Source of the DNA: an uncultured virus (IMG/VR IMGVR_UViG_3300010883_000018) | Taxonomy: Duplodnaviria > Heunggongvirae > Uroviricota > Caudoviricetes | IMG/VR virus record: IMGVR_UViG_3300010883_000018 | Direction: 5' to 3' (one strand) | DNA length: 64,000 bases | Shown here: positions 18,308 through 28,775 of the stretch, piece after piece | Layout of the letters: each line of letters begins with the position of its first letter | Numbering within the stretch: the stretch's first letter is position 1 | Made by a program: the position numbers and the translations under genes | Notes under the pieces: generated by a model | Database searches by the model: none | The model's input: the letters and a program-made list of their open reading frames with translations, nothing else | Told to the model about the DNA's origin: nothing

Positions 18308-18440
18308 AGGCCCGCGGACCGCGGCGGGATGGGGGATGCCTGCAGTCTGCTTATTCGCTTATCCGGCCCCCCGGATTGCGATGTAGCGGACTGCGGGTTG
18401 CGGGTAGTTTTCAAAAAACACATCACATTAAAGGTGATCA

Positions 18441-18647
18441 ATGATTGGTGAAACGACAATTGAAATGATCGTGGGTCGTGACGGGGCCACGGAAATCAGC
18501 GTCAACGGTAGCAAGGGCAAAGCCTGTGTTGCCTTGACCAAAGAGTTGGAAGCGGGACTCGGCGCCGAGCTCGGTGATCGATCCCTCAAACCCGAGTTTT
18601 ACGTGTCGGGTGAAGGTTCGCATGTCGAGCAGCAGCAGGGCGAATAA
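18441..18647 (+). CDS. DUF2997-like small protein
   Basis: IEMIVGRDG.TEISVNG.KG.AC..LT..LE..LG......KPEFY. Confidence 0.8.
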   Translation: MIGETTIEMIVGRDGATEISVNGSKGKACVALTKELEAGLGAELGDRSLKPEFYVSGEGSHVEQQQGE

Positions 18648-18681
18648 GTAGCCAACCTGCTCGATCCATATTGACGATAAC

Positions 18682-18713
18682 GGCCTCGCCAGGCTTTCCT
18701 GGCGGGGCCTTTT
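18682..18713 (+). terminator. Intrinsic terminator
   Basis: ggcctcgccagg-cttt-cctggcggggcc followed by TTTT. Confidence 0.75.
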
Positions 18714-18743
18714 GTATGGATATCCATACGAGTTGGGAGCTAG

Positions 18744-19175
18744 ATGCCTGATAAAGACGAAATTGAACTGATCATCGACCCCGGTGGCAACATCCGGCAC
18801 CTCGTGGACGTCCCTGAAGAGGCCGTAGCGGGCCTAGGTGAGGCCGTGGAGGTTTGGAGGAATTCCCATGTCGAACCGGGTAGTGAGTTGCGTAACGCCG
18901 CACTGACGTGGCTAGACGTGACATATGCGGGTGAATCCGAGTGGGATGCCTATAACGGACCGCAGTCCCGGTTCACGCAGTCTAGCTTGGACTGTAAGTC
19001 CGCCGAACTAAAGTCGCAGTATCTCACTAAATGGTGGGCAGATATGCTTCCAGTAGGTGGCCCCGTACTGGGACCGTATACGCATCGTAAAGCTGCGCTA
19101 GAAGCCGAGATTACCTGGCTTCGGGCCAACAATCTACCGCTACCTTTGACCAAACGTGTCACACCTTCAGAGTAA
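18744..19175 (+). CDS. Hypothetical protein of the AAA/DUF1257 cluster
   Basis: SHVEP...WWADM.PVGGPVLGP...R..AL.AE..WL. Confidence 0.7.
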   Translation: MPDKDEIELIIDPGGNIRHLVDVPEEAVAGLGEAVEVWRNSHVEPGSELRNAALTWLDVTYAGESEWDAYNGPQSRFTQSSLDCKSAELKSQYLTKWWADMLPVGGPVLGPYTHRKAALEAEITWLRANNLPLPLTKRVTPSE

Positions 19176-19184
19176 GAAGAGATC

Positions 19185-20351
19185 ATGACGGAAGCAGACC
19201 AAGTACACGCCGACGAGTCGCTGCTGGAAACAATCTCGCAGCACGTATTCCTTGTCGATTTGTTTATCGGCTGGCCCAAGATGCGGCACCAGATCGCGGA
19301 TGCCGTGGTGGAAGTCCGCAATGCGGAGACCGGCCAACTAAGTCAAGAGGTCGACAAGGATCTCCGTACGCAACCACAGTGGACATTGATGCCCCCTAGT
19401 TGGGGTAGTCAATTCAGTCGGGTGGAGGGTAAGGCCCGCCGCTGCCTGAGTGACATGTCGCTGGGTGCTCGCAATATGACCATGTTGCCCATCCGCCGGG
19501 CGCCGGACGTCTTCGCGGCGCTGCGTACTCATCGTGAGGAGTTCTTTATGCTGCGGAATGACTTCATCCAGCAGTACCCAGCTATCAGGGACGAACTGCG
19601 GGCTCACCTGCGGGATCGACTCGATTATGAGACGGCCGATCGGGTCATTGACCAGATACCGTCTGTGGACGACATCCGCGGTAAGTTCGCTATGACCTGG
19701 GCCATCGTGCCTGTGGGTGGTAGCGGGATGGCTCGCGACAAAGTGGACCAGTTGCAGGAAGCCAAGGCTGCCCTGTATGAGATACGAGCCCACCTGTGCG
19801 ACGTCGTACCACGAGGTCATCGCCACAATGATGCGATTGATACCTGTCAGGCAGCAATCGACAACATATCCGATGTCTTGGATGCAGCTCGCGATATGCC
19901 ACGCCAGGTCGACGAAGGTGCAGCGGTTGAGCTGGTCGGGGAGGCCCGGCGGCAGATGTCGCAGTTTGCCGCAGAGTTCGTGGAGAAGATGGCCGCGGGA
20001 CCCCGCGAGCGACTGCAGAAAGCTACGTCCAATCTGATGGAAGCCATCCGGGATAACCGGGTCATCAAGCACGGCACGCTCAAGCAAGTCACGGATGCCA
20101 TCGAGATGATCCGCTCCTTCGCGTTCATCCAGGACGACGAGATCATGGGCAAACTGGCAGAGATGGAGCAGCATCTCGGCACCGTGACGCCCCAGTCACT
20201 CAATTCTGATTCGGTCATCGCTCAGCAACTTGCTGCAGCCGTGGCCCCTGTCGAGGAACTTGCCCGCGACGTGCAGGCAGTGGCCCGTAATACCCGTAAC
20301 TTCCGTCAGGTCAACATAGGAGGTAGGCGACGCGATAGTCAGCCTGCGTGA
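19185..20351 (+). CDS. DUF3150-like protein
   Basis: Helical 388-aa ORF; gene context and overall composition. Confidence 0.5.
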   Translation: MTEADQVHADESLLETISQHVFLVDLFIGWPKMRHQIADAVVEVRNAETGQLSQEVDKDLRTQPQWTLMPPSWGSQFSRVEGKARRCLSDMSLGARNMTMLPIRRAPDVFAALRTHREEFFMLRNDFIQQYPAIRDELRAHLRDRLDYETADRVIDQIPSVDDIRGKFAMTWAIVPVGGSGMARDKVDQLQEAKAALYEIRAHLCDVVPRGHRHNDAIDTCQAAIDNISDVLDAARDMPRQVDEGAAVELVGEARRQMSQFAAEFVEKMAAGPRERLQKATSNLMEAIRDNRVIKHGTLKQVTDAIEMIRSFAFIQDDEIMGKLAEMEQHLGTVTPQSLNSDSVIAQQLAAAVAPVEELARDVQAVARNTRNFRQVNIGGRRRDSQPA

Positions 20352-20445
20352 GGACATGCGTAGCGTACGTATGCGAACCTGACCTACTAGAGCCTGGCTC
20401 TTGTTGTGGCGACGGTGCCGGGTTCGCTTGTGTGATGAGGGAGAC

Positions 20446-21144
20446 ATGTTAGCAAAAGGTAACACGAAACTGGGTTGGAGACTGTGGAGCTTTTCAATCC
20501 CGGCGATCGAAACTTGTCCTGGTAGCACTTGGATCTGCAGAGAGCTGTGCTATGCCTGTCGTAGTCACTTTTTGTACGACAGCGTGCAGGATACTTACGA
20601 ACGGAATTACGTGGACAGTCTCAGCGATGATTTCGTTGAGCGAATGGTTGCAGAACTGAAGAAAAATAAACCCGAGATCGTGCGGCTGCACGTTAGCGGT
20701 GATTTCTACGATGCCAGCTACATCCAGAAGTGGACGGAGTTGTGTCGTCAGTTCAGCAGTACTATCTTCTTTGCCTATACGCGGTCTTGGCGGGTACCTG
20801 AACTGCGACCGGCTTTAGGGCAATTCAATCGCTTACCCAACACCCATCTGTGGTGGTCTGTCGATGGCGATACCGATGCAATGAATGGACGTCCGCCAAT
20901 ATGGAAGAACGTTCGAGTAGCCTACATGCAGGTGGCTGCCGACGAGACGATACCGCATTACGTGGATCTTGTCTTCCGCGACGGCGAGCGTAAACCACGC
21001 AAATACAGTAACGGGCGGCTAATCTGCCCAGCGGAGAATGGTGTGAAAACCCATAGTAAGATCACATGCAGCGCGTGCGGGATCTGCTTTAACAGTCGAC
21101 CCACACCGCGCAAGGTAATGGAGGAGGCGTTTATTGTCTCATGA
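20446..21144 (+). CDS. Phage Gp88-like (radical-SAM-like fold) protein
   Basis: KGNTKLG..FSIPA..TCPG....C...CYA; VRLHVSGDFYD; AYTRSW. Confidence 0.8.
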   Translation: MLAKGNTKLGWRLWSFSIPAIETCPGSTWICRELCYACRSHFLYDSVQDTYERNYVDSLSDDFVERMVAELKKNKPEIVRLHVSGDFYDASYIQKWTELCRQFSSTIFFAYTRSWRVPELRPALGQFNRLPNTHLWWSVDGDTDAMNGRPPIWKNVRVAYMQVAADETIPHYVDLVFRDGERKPRKYSNGRLICPAENGVKTHSKITCSACGICFNSRPTPRKVMEEAFIVS

Positions 21145-21764
21145 CAGATTTAATCATCGCCTGCATAGACAAAAAAGAATACGTGGCTTCAACCGTGTTG
21201 TTTTCGCAGCATAGCCTGCGGGATCACATGCTGCACCAGCGAAGCTTGTTCTCGCTGTTGGGGATATTGACGTACGCTAATGACGTTGTCGATACAAACT
21301 TAGCGACGTGCCCCAACAGCGTTGAGGGCCGGTGGGCGTTGCAGAAGGTACTCACGTTAGGTGGTACTCACAGTACTGACTTCTACGTTTACGTGACCCA
21401 GCATTTCACTGAAATCAGTCAACGCGTGCTGTGTAGCGAGACCGCGCGAGCGGCACTCTCGCTTCGCGATTTACCTACAGACTTCCGGCGTTTCGTGTGG
21501 CAGTACATGAATCCGCAAGTGAGTGATTACCGTCAGCTGGATGTGTCATCACTGGTACGGATATGCGACGAGGCTAAAGTTTGCTCGCCTGAATTCTGGA
21601 CACTACTGCGACCCTGGCTGTTACGCCGTGATTTAGCGGATGACGCGCGGCGGTACTTAGGCGGAAGGCCTGGACGTATTGCATCGGAGCTCGCGAAGAA
21701 GCAACGTACACGTCAGCATCGTGGAATTCGAATAAGGGATAAAAATGAATCTGATGAGGTGTGA
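21141..21764 (+). CDS. Hypothetical protein
   Basis: ATGA overlap with the upstream gene. Confidence 0.65.
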   Translation: MTDLIIACIDKKEYVASTVLFSQHSLRDHMLHQRSLFSLLGILTYANDVVDTNLATCPNSVEGRWALQKVLTLGGTHSTDFYVYVTQHFTEISQRVLCSETARAALSLRDLPTDFRRFVWQYMNPQVSDYRQLDVSSLVRICDEAKVCSPEFWTLLRPWLLRRDLADDARRYLGGRPGRIASELAKKQRTRQHRGIRIRDKNESDEV

Positions 21765-21979
21765 TAAGGGCTCACGGTGTGAAAACTGTGAGCACGTGAC
21801 GGTAACGGGTGGGATGATAATAGCTCTCCAAGCAGCCCGGCACTCCAACACGGACGATGTCCGTGCGTGGAACCAATGCCTGGCTGATTATCCCTGCTTA
21901 AACTGGGACGCTGAACAACTCGCCTTGCACAACGAAATACTGCAGGACACGTCTGAAGCTGTGCGACCGCGGATCGAGA

Positions 21980-23194
21980 CTACTCCCGAATGTTCGCCCA
22001 CAACCCACCAGCACGACCGGGTTGATGGGCAGAAGCCATCTTAGCCAGATCAGTATCCGGAATACGCTTACCCGCTGCCGACTTGGTAGCAAACGGCTGT
22101 ACGCCGAATTCCGTCACTACTGCATCGAATAGCTCAGCATCGCTTAGCGGTAGCGTGGGCGCGATCGTCGCGAGCTTCTCCACGTCCAACCATGCGTTGG
22201 CAGTGGAGACCTCGCTGGCGAAGTCATTCCCTAGGGCATCACCCAGGGCATTTACAGGTACGTGTTGCAGATCGGCTTTTTTGTAGTAGTTGCCGGTCAG
22301 CGTACCCACCAACTCCTGCGACTGCTCGGCTGCGACTTTTTCAGTCACTGCGAACAACACATCTTCTGGTCGCTGCAGCGTTTTATCGTAATGCCGCTTC
22401 AAGTGATGTGCGTGATCCAGTTGATCGAGCGTTTCCGCCAGTTTGACCAACATGCTGTAGTGGTGCACCTCGGCAGGATTCTTTTCGATGGCAGATGCCA
22501 ACTTATCGAACTCCTGCACTAGTGGCAAAGACTTCGAGCCCAGCCAGGATAGGCGACTGCGGATTAACGCGGCAGCATCCTTACCTGCGCACGCACCCAG
22601 ACCAGCCATTTTTTCCAGCCGATACCGGTGCTCGCTGATGTCGGCGCCGTACTCAGCAGACTTCTCCAGGATCTTGTCTGCGATACGTTGGCGGTCGCTG
22701 TAGCGGAAGTCATCGCGATAGTTTGCGATGTACTCAGCAGCCTGTTTGACTTCGTTGGCACTTCGCATTGGATAACGCCGCTCTTTTTGTCCAGCGTCAA
22801 AATCCATTACGATGGCAAATACGGAATCAGGTAATTCCGTTTCGTCTACTGTATTGGCCACAGCAGTTTTTGTAGCCAACGCTTCAATGTGAGGGAGAAT
22901 GCCGTGAAATGAAGCACTTTGCTTGATGCGACTTTCAATGCGTTTGGCCAGGGCTGGAGTGAATTCCGCGTGCTTCTGATAGAAGAAGCCAGCAGACGTC
23001 CAGATTGCGGCCGGTGTGTGGCAAGGGAATTGCCGACGTGTAATGTCAGCAAACATGTGAGGTTCGAGCGTTTCGCCGCCTCTCAACTCTTCAACACTCG
23101 CATTTTTTACGAAGGCCGGAAGTCCGAAGGCAGTATCGAGCTGGTGTAAACCCTGTAGATTGCGATCTTGCACTTGATCCATAACTGTACTCAT
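21980..23194 (-). CDS. Hypothetical protein rich in K-x-A motifs (possible virion or head-internal protein)
   Basis: AAGGA RBS on the minus strand; about 12 KxA motifs. Confidence 0.7.
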   Translation of the reverse strand: MSTVMDQVQDRNLQGLHQLDTAFGLPAFVKNASVEELRGGETLEPHMFADITRRQFPCHTPAAIWTSAGFFYQKHAEFTPALAKRIESRIKQSASFHGILPHIEALATKTAVANTVDETELPDSVFAIVMDFDAGQKERRYPMRSANEVKQAAEYIANYRDDFRYSDRQRIADKILEKSAEYGADISEHRYRLEKMAGLGACAGKDAAALIRSRLSWLGSKSLPLVQEFDKLASAIEKNPAEVHHYSMLVKLAETLDQLDHAHHLKRHYDKTLQRPEDVLFAVTEKVAAEQSQELVGTLTGNYYKKADLQHVPVNALGDALGNDFASEVSTANAWLDVEKLATIAPTLPLSDAELFDAVVTEFGVQPFATKSAAGKRIPDTDLAKMASAHQPGRAGGLWANIRE

Positions 23195-23219
23195 TGGATT
23201 CCTTTCCGATAAATCGACT

Positions 23220-26033
23220 ATGGACATACCCATTGGGCTCCACAAATTGTTGCCGCCGCATAAACTGTTGCCGATTCTTGGCGTTCAAGTACCAGCCTCG
23301 GTCACACCGTTTGTGACTGACTGCCCTATCTGCAACCATTACGAGCTGCACGTCTACCAGAATACCATATCGGCTGGAACCTGGCATTACTGTGCAAACT
23401 GCGGCTCCTATGGTGACATGATACGGCTAGCACGTAATACGTGGAAGCTGAATCTGGTAGACGCTTTACATCGACTCGGCAAGCTGGATATCGGTATGCC
23501 GCTGGAGGCAGCGACACCGGAATACGCCGCAAACTACCGTATCAATTACGTGACCCCGCAAACTCGCTTCCGAGAGCTGCTGGCGGAATCCGTACAGCAC
23601 ATGGCTGGTAATCCAGACTCCGTGCAGCATTTACTACGTAAAATCGGGATCCAAACGGAAGTTGCGGGCCAACTGTGGCTCAAGCGAATGGGGCAGTTCT
23701 TCGGTGCGATGGAGCATAAGGACGTGTCGCTGCAGCTGCAGCCGTATCGTTCGGTGCCCTACACACCCAGTAGAGTCAAAAGCGGTTTTGCCAAAAGTTA
23801 CGGCAATCGCGCGCTCTTTAGGGGTAAGGCATGGCGAGACGTACTGGTCTTGCCGTTCTACAGCATGCCGCAGTTCATTAGTTCTTTCCTCTTCCTGGGG
23901 CGAGACGGCAAACCTGAAGATCGACGTTTTGCACCTGCTAAACGCGATCGCGTACAAGAAATCCCACACATAGCTGCGGTCGCCAAGGATAAGCTGGAAC
24001 ACCACATCGAAAGTGGCCTCTGCATGTACTCCGTGCTGTTTTCCAAAACAGTAGAGACCTTTGGCGATACCGTTTTTGTATTCAACGATCCGTGGTTCGC
24101 TCTCAAAACCCAATCACGGCACATGCGGGACAATTCATTGCCGCTACCCGTGGTAGGAGCCCACAACGGGAGCCACAGGAGTCAACGGACTAACAACCTA
24201 TACCGCGTAGCTGCCCTCGATGTTTGGAAGACCTGCCCACCCCGGGATTACGTATTCTGGAGCAAAGAGCAGACTGCTCACGTTTTCAACATGGCATCTC
24301 GCATTGACGGCCGAGTGTGTATTGGCGACCTGGAATACGCCACGAACCTCCGCATGCCTCAACGATTACTGCAGTCCATCAAGGCCGGCGCCCAACACTG
24401 GATGGTGGTACTGGAGCAGCTGTTAAACGAACTGCCTACAAGCGAAGCCCAACTACTCGCTGGTGAGTTAGACATTCCGTTGCAGATCTGGAACGAGTTC
24501 ATGGACACCGCCAATCGACGTACGCGGGAGTTACTGCAGTCCAGTAAAACTCGTGTAGTTGTGCAGCAGCGGGCTACCGCTAGCGGCGGCGTGGTATGCG
24601 AGACACCTCAAGGATGGTACGCGGAAAAGGGCGAGCGACTGATCTGCAACGCCCGGTTACGTATCCAGCAGGTGCTGTATCAGAAGCACGACAAGGAGAT
24701 GTACTACAAGGGTGAGATTCTATTTCGCGATCACAAGTTACCTTTCACGGAACACTCGGGTGCTGTGGAATACAATACGTTCGTCTGGATGCGGAAGCAG
24801 CTTGCCGAGGCGGGCATGGGTGTCATGAACTTCTCCAAGAGTTGGTCAACGAACGCCGTGGAACTTGCCATGCAGTTCAATCCACCGGAGTTGATCCATG
24901 GAGCCGGCGCGTTTGGCTGGGACCCCCGCGTGGCTCGTTTCGTGCTGCCCAAGTTCCAAGTGGAGATAGGCGGCAAGGTCATCGAGGAGGCAAGTCCCGT
25001 ACTTGGGGATTTATCGCCCGGGATTACGCTGGAACCGCCTAGCGTCTTGGCTCCGCGACTCGCAGGCCTTACCGAAGATACCAGCATCAGTCAGATTTTC
25101 TGGGCTACCGTGGCTAGCGTAGCTGCCAACGTTATAGCGCCAGCCATCAACGAACCGGTAGCCGGCATTGGTTTAGTAGGTATGGGTGCCGCGGTTATTG
25201 GCCGGTTGGCCGCCAGGTCTGCAGGCTGTCAGGAATACCCGCTGAAACTTGGTAGTTCTGTGGTGGACATTGCCGATCGCTTACGGTTCGTCACCTCTCA
25301 GCATTCTTGGCCACTTGTCTTGGTGATCCCGCAGGGTGCTCACCGCAACCGCCTGGCGACCTGGCTTAACAGCACAGAAGACAAGAACGTGATCATGGAT
25401 GTAAACACGACCACGGCTACAGCGCTGGCAGTCCAATCCAACTGGCGGTTTATTATTTCCAACGAGCCGTTAACCTCTGCTAATGCCGCGGTGCTCGACG
25501 GACCTGCCGTACTGCCTAACTGGTTGCAGGATATCTGCGAACGTAAGTTGGAGTTGCGATCGAACCGGAGCGCCTTGGTACACCAGATCCTTGACGACAT
25601 GGCAATATGGGCCGGCAAGCGGGATGGCGATGCAGATGTCATCCGCAGTGCCGTAGAGGTATTGGACGACCTCGAACACGACGGCATGGCTCAGGCAGAG
25701 CGGTTTGCTGGCCTGTTGTACGGCTTCGTAGAAAGTGGGGACCTCATTGTCGGGCGAGAGGGCTACAATACAAGCAAGGCTCCCACACTGTGGCACCTAC
25801 CCGAACACGAGCCGCCTGCTATTTTTGCCGCCCGTAATGTAATCCAACGCCTGTTGACCGGACATAAAATACCGTTACCAGATCCAGCACACACAACGCA
25901 GATTTTAACAGAGGCGGGCTGCCTTATTGCCGCAGCCTACAATGGCGTAAGCGGTTGGCTGATAGAGGAGGAATGGTGGAATCACCAGCTAGCAAGATGT
26001 CGAGCGCGACAACACCGGTTACGTATCGTATAG
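23220..26033 (+). CDS. Large protein with N-terminal primase-type Zn ribbon (primase-like or origin-binding)
   Basis: CPIC...WHYCANCG..GDMIRL; VLVLPFY...FLGR resembles the DnaG core, but no clear Toprim acidic motifs. Confidence 0.55.
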   Translation: MDIPIGLHKLLPPHKLLPILGVQVPASVTPFVTDCPICNHYELHVYQNTISAGTWHYCANCGSYGDMIRLARNTWKLNLVDALHRLGKLDIGMPLEAATPEYAANYRINYVTPQTRFRELLAESVQHMAGNPDSVQHLLRKIGIQTEVAGQLWLKRMGQFFGAMEHKDVSLQLQPYRSVPYTPSRVKSGFAKSYGNRALFRGKAWRDVLVLPFYSMPQFISSFLFLGRDGKPEDRRFAPAKRDRVQEIPHIAAVAKDKLEHHIESGLCMYSVLFSKTVETFGDTVFVFNDPWFALKTQSRHMRDNSLPLPVVGAHNGSHRSQRTNNLYRVAALDVWKTCPPRDYVFWSKEQTAHVFNMASRIDGRVCIGDLEYATNLRMPQRLLQSIKAGAQHWMVVLEQLLNELPTSEAQLLAGELDIPLQIWNEFMDTANRRTRELLQSSKTRVVVQQRATASGGVVCETPQGWYAEKGERLICNARLRIQQVLYQKHDKEMYYKGEILFRDHKLPFTEHSGAVEYNTFVWMRKQLAEAGMGVMNFSKSWSTNAVELAMQFNPPELIHGAGAFGWDPRVARFVLPKFQVEIGGKVIEEASPVLGDLSPGITLEPPSVLAPRLAGLTEDTSISQIFWATVASVAANVIAPAINEPVAGIGLVGMGAAVIGRLAARSAGCQEYPLKLGSSVVDIADRLRFVTSQHSWPLVLVIPQGAHRNRLATWLNSTEDKNVIMDVNTTTATALAVQSNWRFIISNEPLTSANAAVLDGPAVLPNWLQDICERKLELRSNRSALVHQILDDMAIWAGKRDGDADVIRSAVEVLDDLEHDGMAQAERFAGLLYGFVESGDLIVGREGYNTSKAPTLWHLPEHEPPAIFAARNVIQRLLTGHKIPLPDPAHTTQILTEAGCLIAAAYNGVSGWLIEEEWWNHQLARCRARQHRLRIV

Positions 26034-26045
26034 CGGGGAGTCATT

Positions 26046-26324
26046 ATGCGACCTACAAAGATGTTAAATCTATGCCGCGAAGCTAACGAGATATTAGAAG
26101 AGGTCGAAGCCTCATTGAAATACGTCCCTGAGTCAGCTGCTTTTGTCTACAACAGTATCAGGGACGTCAAAGAATTAGCGTTGATTGCCAGGTATGAAAC
26201 GGCAGGGCGCATGACACAGGAACAGCAGCAACACATCAACCAGCTGATTGAAAAATTGCATTGCTTGCAAAGCGACACCCGTATTGAATACGACGAAGAC
26301 GACGAAGACGACGAAGACTGCTAA
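26046..26324 (+). CDS. Hypothetical protein with acidic tail
   Basis: GGGGAG RBS. Confidence 0.6.
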   Translation: MRPTKMLNLCREANEILEEVEASLKYVPESAAFVYNSIRDVKELALIARYETAGRMTQEQQQHINQLIEKLHCLQSDTRIEYDEDDEDDEDC

Positions 26325-28216
26325 GACTGCGTCGTATTATGCCATTGCGGATCTGCAGGTGCAGCCGCTTGAACCTGCGCGGGCGTTAAGGCTACCTCGG
26401 CCATCTTCGCTAAGTTAGGCCAGTTCCGGTTGCGGTGCCACAGCGCCACGCAGGCTAAGTTGACAGCCTGGGCGAAGTCATCCGTAAAGCCTTCAGCGCG
26501 ACCTATCTTGTAGATCTCACCAGCTGCCTGTGTTTGCACCTTCTCTTCGGTAAGTGCCAGGAAGTCCCGGATCAGTCCGCGGTCTTCGTCGGAAATGTAA
26601 TCCGACTTGAAGAAGTGAATCTGTTTGAGTTTGATGCTGGCACAGGTCAGCAACAACGATCGCGATTTATCCACGCGGTAATGATCTCGAGGATGCTGCT
26701 CAGAGGGCGATACGTGAAAGCAAGGAGCTTGCGTAGCGGATCGTACCATCTGACACGGCATGACAATCGTCTTAGGCACGCCTGCCTGAATCATGAATGT
26801 CTCACGTAAAGCACCGGCACCCGTGTAATCATGGGCTACTATGTGCGGCTGAAACATCTTGAAGTACCGGACACAATCACTAGCCTCGCGAATGTGATCG
26901 TGGGGAGTCAGCAGTCGCTTGCCCCAGATCACATCAATGGCGCCGTTCATGTGCAACCCTAGCAGGCACAGCGTGGTGAAACTCACACCGGCCTTGCCGC
27001 CGCCGCCCCAGTCAATGCCCATTACCCGCATACGATAACCACCGATATGTCGCCGCGCTTCTTCGTCGGTATTAGGCCAGAGGGTCGAGACACGGGTCAG
27101 CTCGGTCAACGTGACCAGTTTGGAGCTCGTGTCGTAAGACTCACCCAGTACCTCATTGAAAAACACGTTGGCGGGCGTATTACCCTTGCCTTGCTGCTTG
27201 GCTAACAGGACAGCCCATTTTTCGGGGTCCGCGTAATGCAGCGGCATGATCAGCTGCGGCACGTGATAGCCAGCGTGACTCCAGCGACGTTTCTCGTAGC
27301 GATGCACCCAGCGTCCGAATTGTGGTGAAATAGGTTTCCCGCATTTGTGACAGATGGTAGCAGGAAATTTTTCACTGATGTCCGAGTGCCATGGTCCGAT
27401 CATATCCAGCAGGTGATGGTCGGAGGACGGAATGTTCCAGGTGTGTGTGCCGTTGGTCGTGCAGTGGAAACACGGTACGAACCACTCGGCCTGGCTGGAT
27501 TCTTCCCATAACCCCTGCAGCGTGTTATCCAGCGTCTTGGGCGTGCCCGTGAACTTCCGGATGGCCCATTTCGAATAGGACATGGTCTCCGCGATGATCG
27601 GCAAGTGCTCACGGTTCATATCCTGGATCTCGTCGATATCGACCTCGTCGGCGGAGATACCACGAATACGATCGGCGTCCAGGAAGGCGAAGGAAAACAG
27701 CATCTGCGAGCCGTTCTTAAACGACTTGTGCAGTACGCTATTGACCGTAGTACTATCGACCCACAGCCGCTTGACTGGGCTGGTGTTGATGAACGGCTGC
27801 ACGAACATGGAACTGAAGCGCCGGATCTGCTCAAACAGTGGATCCACGTACAGTGTGGTGTAGGGTGCCAGGTGTTCCTTGTTGGGAATGGAGACCGAGC
27901 GGGTAATACCGTGGGCAGCTTGGCTCGTCGTTTTGCTCACTTGACGGCCCGTTTTGAAGGTCGTGGTTATCGACATCTTGAACCGGAACAAATCCTCAAA
28001 CGGGGCGTGGTTCGTCAGTTTGTAGGGTCTACCCTTGAGGTTCAGCAATAGTGGTAACGCAGGGGCAAGTGTCTGCAGGCAACCGCTTTGGACAAGTTTC
28101 ACAAAACGCGCAACCCGCTCACCGGGTGATAGGTCTGTACCGTCATCCCGCTTTTCCGCTAACAACCGATTTACCAAATGCATGGCATCTGGTTCATCGT
28201 AAATCGAATTTGACAT
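26321..28216 (-). CDS. terL: Terminase large subunit (GpA-like)
   Basis: Walker A-like KTGRQVSKTT, IDEIQD, TGTPKT, Zn finger, FFNEVLGE, nuclease MGIDWGGG and C-terminal DD. Confidence 0.88.
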   Translation of the reverse strand: MSNSIYDEPDAMHLVNRLLAEKRDDGTDLSPGERVARFVKLVQSGCLQTLAPALPLLLNLKGRPYKLTNHAPFEDLFRFKMSITTTFKTGRQVSKTTSQAAHGITRSVSIPNKEHLAPYTTLYVDPLFEQIRRFSSMFVQPFINTSPVKRLWVDSTTVNSVLHKSFKNGSQMLFSFAFLDADRIRGISADEVDIDEIQDMNREHLPIIAETMSYSKWAIRKFTGTPKTLDNTLQGLWEESSQAEWFVPCFHCTTNGTHTWNIPSSDHHLLDMIGPWHSDISEKFPATICHKCGKPISPQFGRWVHRYEKRRWSHAGYHVPQLIMPLHYADPEKWAVLLAKQQGKGNTPANVFFNEVLGESYDTSSKLVTLTELTRVSTLWPNTDEEARRHIGGYRMRVMGIDWGGGGKAGVSFTTLCLLGLHMNGAIDVIWGKRLLTPHDHIREASDCVRYFKMFQPHIVAHDYTGAGALRETFMIQAGVPKTIVMPCQMVRSATQAPCFHVSPSEQHPRDHYRVDKSRSLLLTCASIKLKQIHFFKSDYISDEDRGLIRDFLALTEEKVQTQAAGEIYKIGRAEGFTDDFAQAVNLACVALWHRNRNWPNLAKMAEVALTPAQVQAAAPADPQWHNTTQS

Positions 28217-28775
28217 GGAGTCCCTTGTGCCCGATAAGTCTGTTTCCACCGACAAAGAAAAGCTAGAATACCTAGGTGAGTTAACGCGAGATTTTCTAGG
28301 AGCGCCGCGGTGGTTCTGGGTGCTGCTCTTGATCTTATACGTTATTTACGCGTTTATCTTTAAGGACGGCTAACGTGGAGTAGTTCCAATGAGCATGTCG
28401 GCACGGTTATTTCTCGAACGTCACGGACTGCGACAAACATATCGTAGTCCACTCCCGACAGTGTCCCCAAACGATTCGCCAATCCACAGCGTGCCGGTTT
28501 TACAACCGCCGCTACCGGTGCCGCATGCGTTGTTTGAGGACCTTCCATTGTCTGGAGGTGCGTTGACCGAGGAACCCTGGCCCCACGCAGAGAACTGCGA
28601 TACGTAATGTTTGATGCTTTCTTAAAGACAGCAGCGGCTTTTTTGCTGTTAGGTGTTGCCGCTTCTTGGATTTTCGGAAATCTGTTTATGTTATTGGTAT
28701 GCATAGCCGCAATTTGGGCAGTGTACCATGTAGCACTAGGCTTTTCCGATCACTCCTAAGTAGCGAGCCAACACC

